Shown: piece by piece, positions 29,246 to 43,100 of the stretch
Layout of the letters: each line of letters starts with the position of its first letter
Position numbering within the stretch: the first letter of the stretch is position 1
Origin: Vicinamibacteria bacterium
GTDB taxonomy: Bacteria; Acidobacteriota; Vicinamibacteria; Fen-336
DNA: 64,000 nt
NCBI GenBank assembly: GCA_041493035.1
Contig: JBGPYB010000003.1
Location: 1,208-65,207 of the forward strand
Direction: 5' to 3'
Position numbers and translations under genes: made by a program
The notes under the pieces: model-generated
Seen by the model: the letters and a program-made list of their open reading frames with translations, nothing else
Told to the model about the DNA's origin: nothing
The model's database searches: none

Positions 29246-31036
29246 CTAACCCTGGGCCGCGGCCGCCAGGTCGCGAAGGAATCGCCGCACACCCCGAGGG
29301 AGCGACGTGAAGCGGACAAGGACCGAGTCCCCGGAGGCGGGGATATCGGCCACTTTTCCGTAGAGGTCGCCGGGGACCTCCTCTCCAGAGATGCCCTGGA
29401 GCCGCATCTGGAGATTGGTGAAGAGGCGCAAGGGGCGCTCCGGCCGGATCTCCGCGATCCCCTCTCCGACCCCGATGAGGGCTCCGATGTGGGCCGGGCC
29501 TCCCACCGCCTTGTCCTCGGCGATCGTGTAGCGAACGGAGAGAGGTGTCGCCAGCGGCACGATGGAATACCGTCGCTCCGGGAGAAAGAGCCCGTACTCT
29601 CCCCCCACGCCGGTCAGCTCGTAGACCTTGATCGGCTCCTTGAATCCCTTCGCCTGGATGGTCATCTCGCGCCCCACCTGAACGCCGGGGCCGGCCGCCT
29701 CGAGGGTGTGCTCCGAGATGAGAATCTGCCCCCCCACGGTGAAGGACTCGATGCGGCCGGTGAGGTTCACATGGCTCCCGACCACCCCGTACTTCGTTCG
29801 CTTGGGCGACCCGATGTTGCCCGCCACGACCAGACCCGTGTTGATGGCGATCCCCATCTCGACCTCGGGTAGCCACTCGCGCCGGAAGCGTTCGTTCACC
29901 GTCGCCATGGCGAGCTGCATCTCGAGGGCGCACGCCACGGCCCGCCGCGCATCGTCCTCGCGGGGCACTGGGGCGCCGAAGAGCACGAGGATGGCGTCGC
30001 CGATGAACTCGTCGATGGTCCCGTTGTGCTTGGCGATGATGTCCACCATGGCCCCGAGATAGCTGTTCAGGATACCGACCACGGCCTCGGGCGGAAGCCC
30101 CTCGGTCACCGACGTGAAGCCACGAAGGTCGGACATGAGGATCGTCACGTCGCGCTTCTGGCCGCCGAGCCGAAGCCCATCGGCTCCCTCGAGGAGTCCG
30201 GCCACGATCTCGTCGCTCAGATACCGGCCGAACGTCGCGCGGATGAACTGGTTGCGCACCTCCAGGCCCTGGGCCAGGCGGCGGACCTCCTGGGTGGCGC
30301 GCTTCAGCGATAAGTGGGCGTCGGTGCGCGCCAGCGCCACGGCGAAGTCGATGGGCTTCGTCACGTAGTCGTTGGCTCCGAGGCGGAGCGCCTGGACGAT
30401 GTCCTCGCTCTGGTCCTTGGCTGTGACCATGATGATGGGCAGCTCGCCCCGCGAGTGCTTGCCGCGGACGATCTTCAGGACGTCGAAGCCCGAGATTCCG
30501 GGCATCATGACGTCGAGGAGGACCAGGTCGAACGGCTCCGCGTCCAGCTTCTCGAGGGCTTCGGTGCCGTCCTTCGCGAGACCGACGCTGTATCCCCGCG
30601 CCGACAGACGACGCGACAGGAGATCGCGGTTCATCTCGTTGTCGTCGACGACGAGGAGCCTCCCATCCCGCGGCGCGGCGTCGCCCTCGGGTTCCTCCAG
30701 AGGCTCAGCGAGCGGTGGCGCCGGAGCCACGACCTCGGCGGCGCGGCGAGAGACACCGAAAGCGTCTTCGAGGAGGGCGGAGAGCCCCCGACCCGCCGAC
30801 GCGATCTTCCGGAGGGTCTCGACGAAGCTCGGCTGGTCGAGGTCCTGCGCCTCCTCCTCGAGCATCTCGCTGTAGCCGATGATCTGGTTCAGGGGCGTCC
30901 GAAGGTCGTGGAGGAGACGTCCGCGGGGTTCGTCCTTCGGAGGGGGCATGGGGCCCGGGTAGTGTAGCCCCGCCGTGAGCGGAGCGCCACGGCGCGCCGG
31001 CAGGGCGCGCGGGAACGGATGATTCATACGGCTCAT
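29246..31036 (-). CDS. hybrid signalling protein: HisKA-like phospho-acceptor domain (no ATPase domain) + receiver + class III nucleotidyl (adenylate/guanylate) cyclase + C-terminal unknown domain
   Basis: H-box HDLRTPLNQIIGYSEML. REC domain LLVVDDNEMNRDLL...LLDVMMPGISG...TAKD...GANDYVTKPI. CHD cyclase ILMSDLRGFTSVTE...FIGDAILVLFGAP. No HATPase_c GxGxG motifs. Start may be the internal Met at ~30949. Confidence 0.78.
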   Translation of the reverse strand: MSRMNHPFPRALPARRGAPLTAGLHYPGPMPPPKDEPRGRLLHDLRTPLNQIIGYSEMLEEEAQDLDQPSFVETLRKIASAGRGLSALLEDAFGVSRRAAEVVAPAPPLAEPLEEPEGDAAPRDGRLLVVDDNEMNRDLLSRRLSARGYSVGLAKDGTEALEKLDAEPFDLVLLDVMMPGISGFDVLKIVRGKHSRGELPIIMVTAKDQSEDIVQALRLGANDYVTKPIDFAVALARTDAHLSLKRATQEVRRLAQGLEVRNQFIRATFGRYLSDEIVAGLLEGADGLRLGGQKRDVTILMSDLRGFTSVTEGLPPEAVVGILNSYLGAMVDIIAKHNGTIDEFIGDAILVLFGAPVPREDDARRAVACALEMQLAMATVNERFRREWLPEVEMGIAINTGLVVAGNIGSPKRTKYGVVGSHVNLTGRIESFTVGGQILISEHTLEAAGPGVQVGREMTIQAKGFKEPIKVYELTGVGGEYGLFLPERRYSIVPLATPLSVRYTIAEDKAVGGPAHIGALIGVGEGIAEIRPERPLRLFTNLQMRLQGISGEEVPGDLYGKVADIPASGDSVLVRFTSLPRGVRRFLRDLAAAAQG

Positions 31037-31088
31037 GGTCTTGCCTGCTCGGAGGCCTCAGTCTGTAGGTTGGAGAGGGAGGTGTTCC

Positions 31089-31529
31089 ATGAGACCTCTC
31101 ATTGTGTCGATTGCGGCCCTTCTGGCCGTCGTCCTGCTCGGATGCGCCGGGCAGAAATCCGGTGCGGGTTTCCGGCTACCTGACGGGGATCCTGCCGCCG
31201 GCAAGGTGGCGTTCGAGGAGTTGAAGTGCCGCGAGTGCCACCGGGTGCAGGGGGTTGAGTTTGCGGCTCCGACGGTGAAACCCCCGGTCCCAGTGGTCCT
31301 GGGGGGCGAGGTTCCCCACGTCAAGACCGACGGCGATCTCGTCACCTCCATCATCAACCCCTCCCACCGCATATCCGCGGCCTACAAGCCGGAGGAGGTG
31401 AGGCAGCCCGACGGCTCGTCGCGGATGCCCGACCTCACCAGGGTGATGACGGTCCGCCAGCTGGTGGACGTGGTCGCGTTCCTGCAGACGCGCTACACGG
31501 TGGTCAGGCCCGGAGGGCCCGTCCGGTAG
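31089..31529 (+). CDS. lipoprotein c-type cytochrome (monoheme)
   Basis: SD GGAGAGGGAGGTG precedes the ATG at 31089. Lipobox LLGCAG. Heme motif CRECH. Confidence 0.7.
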   Translation: MRPLIVSIAALLAVVLLGCAGQKSGAGFRLPDGDPAAGKVAFEELKCRECHRVQGVEFAAPTVKPPVPVVLGGEVPHVKTDGDLVTSIINPSHRISAAYKPEEVRQPDGSSRMPDLTRVMTVRQLVDVVAFLQTRYTVVRPGGPVR

Positions 31530-31544
31530 GATCTCGCCGGGAGA

Positions 31545-31871
31545 TCAGGCGGCGGGTCGGCCGAGCAGCCAGCCGCGGGTCAGGTAGTCGCTCATCGTGA
31601 TGGCGATGAGGATGAAGAGCCAGACGAACGCGGAAGCCACGACCAGTTGGACCAGGGGCCCGCTGTACTTCACGTGCATGAAGAACAGAATCACCAGGAT
31701 CGCCTTCAGGCAGGCGATGCTCAGCGCCACGACGACGTTCACGGGGATCCGGAAACCGCCCACTTCCGGCTCCCCCAAATCGACGCGGGCTGCGGCCACC
31801 GTGGCGAGAGTCAGGACCAGCAGGGCGGCAAAGACCGCCAGGTAGGTTCTCACGGGAACGAGATGTTCGGA
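31545..31871 (-). CDS. cytochrome c oxidase subunit IV (prokaryotic, caa3-type)
   Basis: 108-aa, three-TM protein MSEHLVPVRTYLAVFAALLVLTL...ILFFMHVKY directly after coxIII. Only the last 108 codons of the 31545..32462 track ORF are taken as real. Confidence 0.6.
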   Translation of the reverse strand, partial: SEHLVPVRTYLAVFAALLVLTLATVAAARVDLGEPEVGGFRIPVNVVVALSIACLKAILVILFFMHVKYSGPLVQLVVASAFVWLFILIAITMSDYLTRGWLLGRPAA

Positions 31872-31885
31872 CATGCCCTGCCTCG

Positions 31886-32528
<643 letters not shown>

Positions 32529-32545
<17 letters not shown>

Positions 32546-34172
32546 CCTTGGGCGGCACCGTGTAGTCGTAGGCCTCCTCGTCGACGACGGGCGTTTCGCG
32601 GAAGTTGTCGGGGGGAGGAGGCGACGAAGTCCGCCATTCGAGACCCGTGGCGGGCCAGGGGTTGGCGGGGGCGATCTTCCCGTAGCGCATCGACCAGGCA
32701 AAGTAGACCATCGGTATCAGGTAGCCGACACCAAGGATCGACGCGCCCGCCGACGACATCACGTTCAGGACCTGAAATTCCTCGGGGTAGTAGTGGTAGC
32801 GCCGAGGCATCCCGAGGTAGCCGAGGATGAACTGGGGAAAGAAGGTCAGGTTGAAGCCGATGAAGATGACGAAGGCCGATACCCGCGCCCACCACTCCGG
32901 GTACAGGCGACCCGTGATCTTGGGCCACCAGAAGTGCAGCCCGCCGAGGTACGCCATCACTGTGCTGCCCACCATGATGTAGTGGAAGTGGGCCACCACG
33001 AAGTAGGTGTCGGTCACGTGGATGTCGAGACCCAGCGCCGCGAGGAAGAGCCCGGTGAGGCCGCCGATGGTGAAGAGGCCGATGAAACCAAAGGCGTAGA
33101 GCATCGGCGTCTGGTACGAGATCGAGCCGCGGTAGAGGGTCGCCGTCCAGTTGAAGACCTTGATGGCCGAAGGGATGGCCACGAGGAACGAGAGCGCCGA
33201 AAAGATCATCGCGGAGTAGACCGAGATGCCGGCCACGAACATGTGGTGCGCCCAGACCAGGAATCCCAGAACCGCGATGGCCAGGCTCGACATGGCAATG
33301 AACGGATAACCGAAGATCCGCTTGCGCGAGAAGCAGGTGACAAGCTCGCTCATCACACCCATGGCCGGCAGGATCATGATGTAAACCGCCGGGTGGGAGT
33401 AGAACCAGAAGAGGTGCTGGAAGAGGACTGGGTCCCCGCCGCGGTTCGGGTCGAAGAAGCCGAAGTGGAAGACGCGCTCGAAGGCCACGAGCAGAATCGT
33501 GACGGCAACCACCGGCGTGCCGAGGATCTGGATGAGGCTCGTGGCGTAGTGGGCCCAGACGAAGAGGGGCAGCCGGAACCAGGTGAGGCCCGGAGCCCGC
33601 ATCTTGTGGATCGTCACGATGAAGTTGAGGCCCGTGAGAATCGAGGAGAAGCCGGCGACGAAGATCCCGAGAGCAGCGGGAATGACAGCGGAGTTGGAGA
33701 AGACCGTGCTGTAAGGAGTGTAGAACGTCCAGCCGGTGTCGAGACCGCCGTGGACCAGGGCGAAGAGGGCAAAGAAGGCCCCGATCATGTAGAGGTACCA
33801 GCTGAGGAGGTTGATCCGCGGGAACGCGAGATCCTTGGCGCCGAGCATGAGCGGGATGAGGAAGTTCCCCAGCACTGCGGGAATGGCCGGGATCAGGAAG
33901 AAGAAGACCATGATGACGCCGTGGGCCGTGAAGAGTTTGTTGTAGGTCTCGGACGAGACGAGGTCCCCCGGCGGCGTCACGAGCTCCAAGCGAATGAGGA
34001 CGGCATAGGCCCCGCCCAGGAAGAACATTACGGTGACAGACGCGAGATAGAGGAGCGCGATCCGCTTGTGGTCCCGCGTGAAGAGCCAGGACCAGATGCC
34101 GTAGTCGGCGTTCAGGTAGTGCCGCTTCGGGAACTCGGGCGCGGGCACGAGAGGAGCCGCGGCGGCGCTCAT
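32529..34172 (-). CDS. ctaD: cytochrome c oxidase subunit I
   Basis: Heme-copper oxidase signature [17 protein letters not shown]...HHMF...[15 protein letters not shown] overlap with the coxII stop. Confidence 0.95.
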
Positions 34173-35140
34173 CGCTGCCCTCCCGCGGGGGAGCCTGCGG
34201 CGATCGCCTGGGGCCCCTTCAGGGATTGAATGTAGGCGATGAGCTGGAGAAGCGTGTCCTCGGTCACCTGGCCCTGATAGGTCGGCATGATGGGCTGATA
34301 TCCCTCCACGATCTTGGCAGACGGGTTCACGATCGACTCGCGCAGGTAGGATTCGTCCGCGATCACGACCTGGCCGCCCTGGAGGCGCACGCGCCGGCCG
34401 GCGACGCCGTCGAGGATCGGACCCCGCGTCCCAGAGTCGCCGCGGTGACAGGTGACACAGTTGAGCTCCGTGAAGAACTTCTCCCCCGCCGCAACGGGCG
34501 ACACCGGCGCCGGCCCTCCCTGGAGCCAGGTCTGATACTCGGCGGGCTCCATGACCACGATCTGGCCGATCATCCGCGAGTGCTCCGTGCCGCAGTATTC
34601 GGCGCAGAAAAGATGGTACTTCCCCGGCTTCGTCGCCCGGAACCACGCCACGCTGTACCGTCCCGGCACGGCGTCCTTCTTCATGCGAAAGGCGGGGACG
34701 AAGAAGCTGTGGATCACGTCCTCTGACGTGAGGTTGAGCTTCACCGGGCGTCCCACCGGGACGTGAAGCTCGTTGATCTCGCGCTGGCCCGTCATGTGCT
34801 GGAGCTTCCACATCCAGCGCTTCCCCACGACGTTGATGTCGATGGAGTCGTCGGGGGGGCGGTTCTGGGCGAAGAAGACTACGGCCCCCCAGACGAAGAC
34901 GACCATACAGATGGCAAAGGGAATGAGGGTCCAGGTGAGCTCCAGCGCCAGGGAGCCCTCTATCTCGCCCGGCCGCTCGTCGGCGTGGCGCCGACGATAG
35001 CGCATGGCGAAGAGAGCCAGAGCGGCCGCGATCCCCACCGAGAAGAAAGCCGTGATCGCCAGGAGGAAAAAGTAGAGACCGTCGACGCCTGGGGCGAGGC
35101 TCGAGGCCTGCTCGGGGAAGAGGGGGAACCCGGAGAACAT
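34169..35140 (-). CDS. ctaC: cytochrome c oxidase subunit II with fused C-terminal cytochrome c domain (caa3-type)
   Basis: CuA motif [16 protein letters not shown]-terminal CVTCH heme-binding site. Confidence 0.9.
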   Translation of the reverse strand: MFSGFPLFPEQASSLAPGVDGLYFFLLAITAFFSVGIAAALALFAMRYRRRHADERPGEIEGSLALELTWTLIPFAICMVVFVWGAVVFFAQNRPPDDSIDINVVGKRWMWKLQHMTGQREINELHVPVGRPVKLNLTSEDVIHSFFVPAFRMKKDAVPGRYSVAWFRATKPGKYHLFCAEYCGTEHSRMIGQIVVMEPAEYQTWLQGGPAPVSPVAAGEKFFTELNCVTCHRGDSGTRGPILDGVAGRRVRLQGGQVVIADESYLRESIVNPSAKIVEGYQPIMPTYQGQVTEDTLLQLIAYIQSLKGPQAIAAGSPAGGQR

Positions 35141-35143
35141 GGC

Positions 35144-35974
35144 CTAGCGCACCCCTCCCTGAGAGGCCTCAGCCGCCCTCGTCCGCCTCAGAACGCCTTC
35201 GCGGCGGAGCATGAGGACGATGAAGCCGACAAGACCGAGAACCGTGAGGGCGCCGGCGGCGCGGACCATCCGCATGATGGCCGCACCGTACTTCCCGGTG
35301 GTCGGGTCGTACTGGTAACAGGCGAGGATGATCTGATCCACCGGCGTGCCGATGCGCCCCGCCGAGGCTTCGACGACCGCGAGGCGCAGGTCGCGCGGAG
35401 CGTACTCGATCCCGTAAAGGTAGCGGGCGACCTTCCCCTCGGGCGTGAGGACGAGGACGCCCGCCGGGTGGGCGAACTGCTTCGTTTCCGCGTCCCACAC
35501 GTACCGGAAGCCCACGGCCTTCGTGAGGGCCGCGATCGAGGCGGGGTCTCCCGTCAGGAAGTGCCAGCCTGCCGCGGCTCCGGGGCGTTTGTACCGCTCC
35601 AGATAGGACTTCTTCTTGGCGGCGGCGAGGGCGGGCGTCTCCCGGGGGTCGAAGCTGACGGTCACGACCTCGAATTCCCTGCCGGCGCTCATCGAGATGA
35701 TGTTGAGGGCGCTCGCAAGGCCATTGAGGGTGACGGTGCAGAGCATCGGGCAGGCGTAATAGTTCAGGGAAAGGACCACGGGCTTCTTGCCGAAGTAGTC
35801 TCCGAGACGAATCGTCTCCCCTGCTTCGTTGCGAAACGGTAGATCGAGGGGAACGCTCTCGCCGAGACGCTGGTCGAAGCCGATCTCCGTGAGAACCGGC
35901 GGTCGCTGCTCATCGGCTCGGCCCCGCGTGGCGGCCGCGAGCAGGGCCAATGCCATCACCAGGCGCCGTGTCAC
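35144..35974 (-). CDS. SCO1/SenC copper chaperone
   Basis: CPMLC thioredoxin-like copper-binding motif. N-terminal signal/anchor and C-terminal TM. Confidence 0.82.
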   Translation of the reverse strand: MTRRLVMALALLAAATRGRADEQRPPVLTEIGFDQRLGESVPLDLPFRNEAGETIRLGDYFGKKPVVLSLNYYACPMLCTVTLNGLASALNIISMSAGREFEVVTVSFDPRETPALAAAKKKSYLERYKRPGAAAGWHFLTGDPASIAALTKAVGFRYVWDAETKQFAHPAGVLVLTPEGKVARYLYGIEYAPRDLRLAVVEASAGRIGTPVDQIILACYQYDPTTGKYGAAIMRMVRAAGALTVLGLVGFIVLMLRREGVLRRTRAAEASQGGVR

Positions 35975-36408
35975 TTCTTCTTCCCTCCCTGGGGTGGCGC
36001 GTCGGCTCTTGCGGCTTCCGGGCTTCCTACCGGGAGGCCTCGCTCGGCGAGTAGTCGCATGGCTTCGTCGATGTCGATGTGGACAATCCCCGCCTGTGTG
36101 TCGATCCAGCCGTAGCCGTGGAGGATGTCGTCCTGCTGTTTCCGGTAGTCGGCCAGCTCACGCGTGGGATGGGTCTGGAGGCGCGGAAGAGGCGCCTCAC
36201 GAGCGTTTCGCGCTTTCATCACGGGGGGAGGCGGCTGTTGCCGCTCTTCGAAGGCCGCGAGGCTGACGAACATCCATCGCATGAGGATCACGACCGCGAT
36301 GGTCCCGAAGAGAAGCCATAGCAGGAAGCGAAGGATGGCGGGCGGATGGGCGTCGGTCTTCTCGGAGCGGATCTCGGCGTTCCGTTCTTCCACGGCGTGG
36401 TCGCTCAT
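35971..36408 (-). CDS. small membrane protein of the ACIII operon (ActG-like)
   Basis: 145 aa, one TM helix (ILRFLLWLLFGTIAVVILMRWMF). ATGA-coupled between actF and sco1. Confidence 0.45.
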   Translation of the reverse strand: MSDHAVEERNAEIRSEKTDAHPPAILRFLLWLLFGTIAVVILMRWMFVSLAAFEERQQPPPPVMKARNAREAPLPRLQTHPTRELADYRKQQDDILHGYGWIDTQAGIVHIDIDEAMRLLAERGLPVGSPEAARADAPPQGGKKK

Positions 36409-37586
36409 CGCACGACCCCGCTGGCCTGGTCCAGCAGCTCGCGGATCTCCGGCTCACCCACCGGAACGAGCGGACGCCCCTTCAACTGGCGGGCGAAGAG
36501 TGCCAGCCAGAGGCCGCCGATGCCGACGGGTAGCGTCACGTCGAGCCAGTGAAACGCGACACCTTGGGAGGCGGCGTGGTCAGCCAGGTCCGGGGCCACG
36601 AGCCAGTAGAGGTCCAGGAGCCTCACCGCGAAAACCCCACCTGCCACGGAACCCAGCAGGTGCCTGTTGCGCTTCAGGTCGCGGGAGAGCAGCAGCAGGA
36701 ACGGCAAAGCGAAATGGAAGAGCACGAGGACGAGACCCACCGCCTGCCAGCCGCCGTGGAGGCGGCGGATGTACCAGGGGATCTCCTCGGGAAGGTTCCC
36801 AGACCACATGATGAGGAACTGGGAGAGGTTCATGTAGGTCCAGAGCATCACGAAGGCCAGGAGCAGCTTGCCGAGGTCGTGGACAGCTCCGGGGCCCACT
36901 ACGTCGGAAAGAGGCTGCTCGCCGCCGAACACCGCAATGCAGACGATGACGAAGGAGAGAGCCGAGAGAGCCTGCCCGACCATGAACAGCACCCCGTAGA
37001 TGGTCGAGGACCAGTGGGAATCGAGAGACATCGCCCAGTCGATGGACGAGAACGTGACGGTGAAACCGAGAAAGAGAAGGCTGACGCCGCCGAGGCCGCG
37101 CAGGCGGCGCGAGATCGCGCGACTCGGCCCCGCGTCGAGAGCCAGGGACCACTTGTTCATGAAAAAGGCCAGGGTGATCCAGACAGCGAAATAGAATGCG
37201 GCCCGGGCGAGAAAGAAGCCCGGGTTCAGGTAGAGAGCCTTGTGCTGGAGAACGGGGTCCGCCTCCACGGCGCCAGGACGAGCCCATGGGTAGATCTGGC
37301 TCAGGCCGAAAGCGATCGGCAGAAAGAGCAGAGCCAGGACAGGCAAGGTGCGGGTTCCCGCTTCCAGGATGCGGCGGATCACGAGGCCCCAGAACCCGCC
37401 GGTCAGGTGGTGGATCATGCTGACCGACAGACATCCCACCGTAAGGCCCACCCAGAAGAGGAAGGCGAAGAGATAGGAGCGGAAGAACTGGGTCGGGTTT
37501 GCCCAGCCGCCCAGGGCCGACGCCACGAGCCCGACGACCGCAAGGGCGAGTCCCGTTCGGTGCAGGGAATCGATCCGGGCGTTCAT
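36405..37586 (-). CDS. actF: Alternative Complex III subunit ActF (NrfD/PsrC-like membrane subunit)
   Basis: 393-aa polytopic membrane protein. Paralogue pattern with ActC. Operon position after actE. Confidence 0.72.
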   Translation of the reverse strand: MNARIDSLHRTGLALAVVGLVASALGGWANPTQFFRSYLFAFLFWVGLTVGCLSVSMIHHLTGGFWGLVIRRILEAGTRTLPVLALLFLPIAFGLSQIYPWARPGAVEADPVLQHKALYLNPGFFLARAAFYFAVWITLAFFMNKWSLALDAGPSRAISRRLRGLGGVSLLFLGFTVTFSSIDWAMSLDSHWSSTIYGVLFMVGQALSALSFVIVCIAVFGGEQPLSDVVGPGAVHDLGKLLLAFVMLWTYMNLSQFLIMWSGNLPEEIPWYIRRLHGGWQAVGLVLVLFHFALPFLLLLSRDLKRNRHLLGSVAGGVFAVRLLDLYWLVAPDLADHAASQGVAFHWLDVTLPVGIGGLWLALFARQLKGRPLVPVGEPEIRELLDQASGVVR

Positions 37587-38212
37587 TCGTGCTTCTCCCC
37601 CGATGGCTGATCGAGCAGGGCGCGCTTGTCAGCTGGCACGTCATCGAGGGTCGCGTGCTGGCTGAGCTGGAGGGCGCGGATGTACGCCGTGATGGCCCAG
37701 CGGTCCCGGACCGGGACCTGTGCCGCGTAGTCCGACATGGCGCCGAAGCCATGACTTATCACGTCGAAGTAGTACCCGGGAGGCGAGAGCCGAAGGCGCT
37801 CGGTGTGGAACGACGGCGGCTGCTTGAACCCTCGCTGGACGATCATGCCGTCGCCGCGCCCCAGGAAGCCGTGGCACGGAGTGCAGTAGACATCGAAGCG
37901 CTCCTGGCCACGGGCCAGCACGTCGGCGGTCACGGGGAAGGGGAAGGTCGTGGCGAGCTGCCCACCGACCTTCCCGGTGTACAGATGATCGTCATCGTGG
38001 AGCTGGCCCCTCGCCACGGTGTCGGCCACGAGGGGTCGGGCCGACCGGTCATCACCGAAGAAATCGCTCTTCGCGAGGGGCTTGTACTTGGGCTGGTCGT
38101 GCATGTCCTGGCGACAGGCCGAACCCACGAGCGCCACAAGCGCCAGCAAGGCCACTCCCCTCTCCCGCTTGCGGGAGAGGGATAGGGTGAGGGCTGCCCA
38201 CGGCCGACGCAT
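37583..38212 (-). CDS. actE: Alternative Complex III subunit ActE (monoheme lipoprotein cytochrome c)
   Basis: Lipobox VGSAC. Single CTPCH heme motif. Confidence 0.75.
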   Translation of the reverse strand: MRRPWAALTLSLSRKRERGVALLALVALVGSACRQDMHDQPKYKPLAKSDFFGDDRSARPLVADTVARGQLHDDDHLYTGKVGGQLATTFPFPVTADVLARGQERFDVYCTPCHGFLGRGDGMIVQRGFKQPPSFHTERLRLSPPGYYFDVISHGFGAMSDYAAQVPVRDRWAITAYIRALQLSQHATLDDVPADKRALLDQPSGEKHE

Positions 38213-38747
38213 CAGTGCTCCACCTCGGATACTTCAGAGGCGCCGAGGCCCTCTAGGAACTTCCGCGTGGCGTCGAGATTGAATTTCGGGTCGTCCGCCT
38301 CGATGCAGAGGAAGAACTTGTCACGCGTCGCGAGGGCAAAGCCCGGGACGTTGAACACGGGGTGGTACGGCTCGGGGAGGCCGTTGATGGCGAGCATCCC
38401 CAGGACCGCCGTCCCAGCAGCGAAGAGGATCGTCGTCTCGAAGGCCGCCGGGATGAACGCGGGCCAACTGAAGAAAGGCCTCCCTCCGATGTTCAACGGA
38501 TACTCGATCACCGAGGCCCAGTACTCCAGGCCGAAGCCCGCGACAAGCCCCGTGATTCCTCCGGCGAGCACCATTGCGGGGAGCGGCGAATGATGAAAGT
38601 GGAGAGCTTCCGATAGCTCCTCGATCGGATAGGGGGAGTAGCCGTCGACCTTCTTGTACCCCTCTTCTTTGACGCGTCGCGCCGCAGCCACCACTTCGGC
38701 CGGGCTACGGAACTCCGCGAGCAACCCGTAGATCGGCGTCGTGACCT

Positions 38748-38751
<4 letters not shown>
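38212..38751 (-). CDS. actD: Alternative Complex III subunit ActD (DUF3341-like)
   Basis: VKVTTPIYGLLAEFRSPAEVVAAARRVKEEGYKK...two C-terminal TM helices. GTG start overlaps the actC stop. The upstream Arg-rich part of the track ORF is rejected. Confidence 0.68.
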
Positions 38752-40131
<1,380 letters not shown>

Positions 40132-40139
<8 letters not shown>

Positions 40140-43100
40140 GGCGGATCTCCGGGTTGTAGTTTTTGACCGAGGCCAGGTACGACGTGCGGGGCCGCGTGTT
40201 CAACTCGGCCAGGAGCCCGTAGTTTCGCGGCGTGGCCTTCAGCTTCGACACGCGACTCTCCGGGTCGTTCACATCTCCGAAGATGATAGCTTCGGCGGGA
40301 CAGGCCTGCTGGCAGGCGGTCTTGATCTCGCCGTCCTTGATCTCGCGCCCCTCGTTCTTCGAGTCGATGCGCTTCTCGTTGATGCGCTGGACGCAGTAGG
40401 TGCACTTCTCCATGACGCCCCGGCTCCGCACGGTCACGTCGGGGTTGCGCATGAGCTTGAGGCTGGGCGTCTCCCAGTCCTGGTACAGATAGAAGTTGAA
40501 CCGCCGCACCTTGTAGGGGCAGTTGTTGGAGCAGTATCTGGTCCCCACGCACCGGTTGTAAACCATCTCGTTCAGCCCCTCGTCGCTGTGGACGGTGGCG
40601 GCGACCGGGCACACCACTTCGCACGGGGCGTTCTCGCAGTGCATGCAGAGAACCGGCTGGTGGTACGTCTCGGGGGCCTCGGGGGGTCCCTCGTAGTAGC
40701 GGTCGACGCGGATCCACTGCATCTCCCGACCGCGCCCCACCTGGTCGCGCCCCACCACCGGGATGTTGTTCTCCGACTGGCAGGCGGTGACGCAGGCGTT
40801 GCAGCCTACGCAGGAGTTGAGGTCGATGGACATCCCCCACGCGTGCCCCTCGTACTTGTGGCGGGGGTACATCGAAAGCTCGGCGGGAGGCTCTTCGCCT
40901 CCCTCATGGACGATCTCGGGGTTCTTCTCGAACTCCTCGAGGCTCGCGGCGCGCATCAGGTTGCGCCCTTCCATGCTCCAGTGGTCCTGGGTGCAAGCCA
41001 CGAGATGGGTAGCGCCGGACTTGGTCACTTCGACCCCGGTTGCCGACCAAAGGGCGGTGCTCGCTCGGAGGGCATAGGCGTTGAAGCCGACGCCGTTGCC
41101 TACGCGCCCCGCTCTCGTGCGCCCGAAGCCCAGATGGACGGTCACGACGCCTTCGGGGTGGCCGGGGACGACCCAGGCGGGACCTTCGATCGTTCGCGAT
41201 TCCACCTTGACCTTCACGACGTCGCTGATCGTCCCGGTGGAGATCCGCTTCCCACCGTTCTCGAGCCGTCCGTCGTAGTTGGTCGTCGTCACGATGCCCA
41301 GGGCCTTGGCCATGGCCGGGCTCATGAGGACCGCGTTGTCCCAGGTAAGCTTGGTGAGGGGCTTCGGCAGCTCCTGGAGCCAGCCGTTGTTCGCGTAGCG
41401 ACCGTCGCCGATGCTGGGGTCGGGACGCAGAACGACTTCGACGCCCTTCGCCGGGGGCGGCGGGGCGACGCGGGCCCACTCCCCGAGCTTCACGGTCACG
41501 TTCTTTTCCGGGAAGGACGTTCCCGCGACCACACCGTCGTGGAGAACCCGCTGCCAGGTCCGCTCGGTGTCGACCCCGCCGAGATGCGCCCGCCAGTAGT
41601 CTTTGACGACGTCATGGCCCGACCGATCAGCGCGGAAGGCGGCGACGACCTCGTGGGCCGACTTGCCGCCGTAGAGTGGTGCTATGAGCGGCTGCATCAC
41701 CGTCACCGTGCCGTCGAATGCTCGCGCGTCGCTCCACGTCTCGAGCGAATGGGCCTCGGGGATATGCCAGTGACAACGCTCCGCGGTCTCGTCGTCGTAG
41801 AGGCCGAGGTGCACGCGCAACGCCACCTTCTCCATGGCGTAGGCGATGCCAAAGTCCGCCGGCGCCGTGAAGACCGGGTTGCCACCGAGGACCACCAGCA
41901 CCTGCACCTTGGCGGCGAGCATGTCGGCCACCAGGGCCTTCAGCGATGCGAGTCGATCCACCGACTCGGCTTCGACAGGTGCGGTGTAGGCCACGGTCTT
42001 CCCGACCGCTCCCAGCTTCTCGTTCATCGCGTGAGCGAGGGCGTGAACAGCAGGCGGCTGAGCGTCCCCCGCAACCACCACGCTTCGACCGTCAGTGCGC
42101 TTCAAGTCCTTGACGAGGGCCGCGACCAGATCGGCGTGGTCGGCGGTTCCACCTTCGACGGCGAGAGCCAACCCCGCAGCCACGGCGCGGGCGAAGCCTT
42201 CGACCTGGGACGGCCGCACGGGCAACCGATGGTCGGCCGAGGCGCCGGTCACGGAGATCGAGCTCTCGACGACGTAGAGCCGGTTCATCTCGGGGCGCTC
42301 GCTCGTGATCTTGCGGCGCGAGGCGAAGTCCCGGATGTAGCGCACGGCTCCCGGCCCGGTCCCCAGAAAGTCGGCATCAAGAGATAGGACGACGTCGGCA
42401 TTGGCGAATGAGTAGCGCGCTTCGACCGCCTCGCCGAAGGCGAGGATGCCCCCGGCACGGGCGTTGTCGCGCGCCGCGGGCTCGTACTGGTGCCAGCGCG
42501 CCTCGGGATAGTCGGCGAGGAGGTCTTTGATCTGCTGCGCCAGCGTGGGTGACGTGACGGTTTCCGTGAGGATGCGAAGCCCTGCGCCCTTGCTGATGCG
42601 CTGTGGGCCCAGGGCGGCGCGCAGTGTGTCGACGAACGTCGTCCACGACCTTATCTCGCCGTACGACGTGAGGGTCTTGGAGCGGTCGGGATCGTACAGA
42701 CCCAGGATCGCCGCCTGGGTCACGGCGTCGGTGGCCCCCAGGCTCGCGGGATGATCGGGGTTGCCCTCGATCTTGGTGGGCCGGCCCATGTGACTCTCGA
42801 CCAGCACGCCCTTGGCGTATCCCCCCTCGGTCACGGCGGTGGCGAAGAAGAGCGGCCGACCGGGGATGACGTTCTCGGGAGCCTTGACGTAGGGGACGAT
42901 GGTCTCGGTTGGCTGCTTCGTGCACGCCGTGAGCCCCGCGAGTGCGAGGGACGCCCCCATCACGCGAAGGAACTCGCGGCGACCCGCGGGGTCGTCGAAC
43001 TCGGAGGCCTGCTCGGGGAACTCGCGATGCAGGAACTCGAGGAATCCCGGGGTCTCCGCCAACTCCTCCAAGCTCTTCCAGAAGGTGCGCCCCTGGGTAC

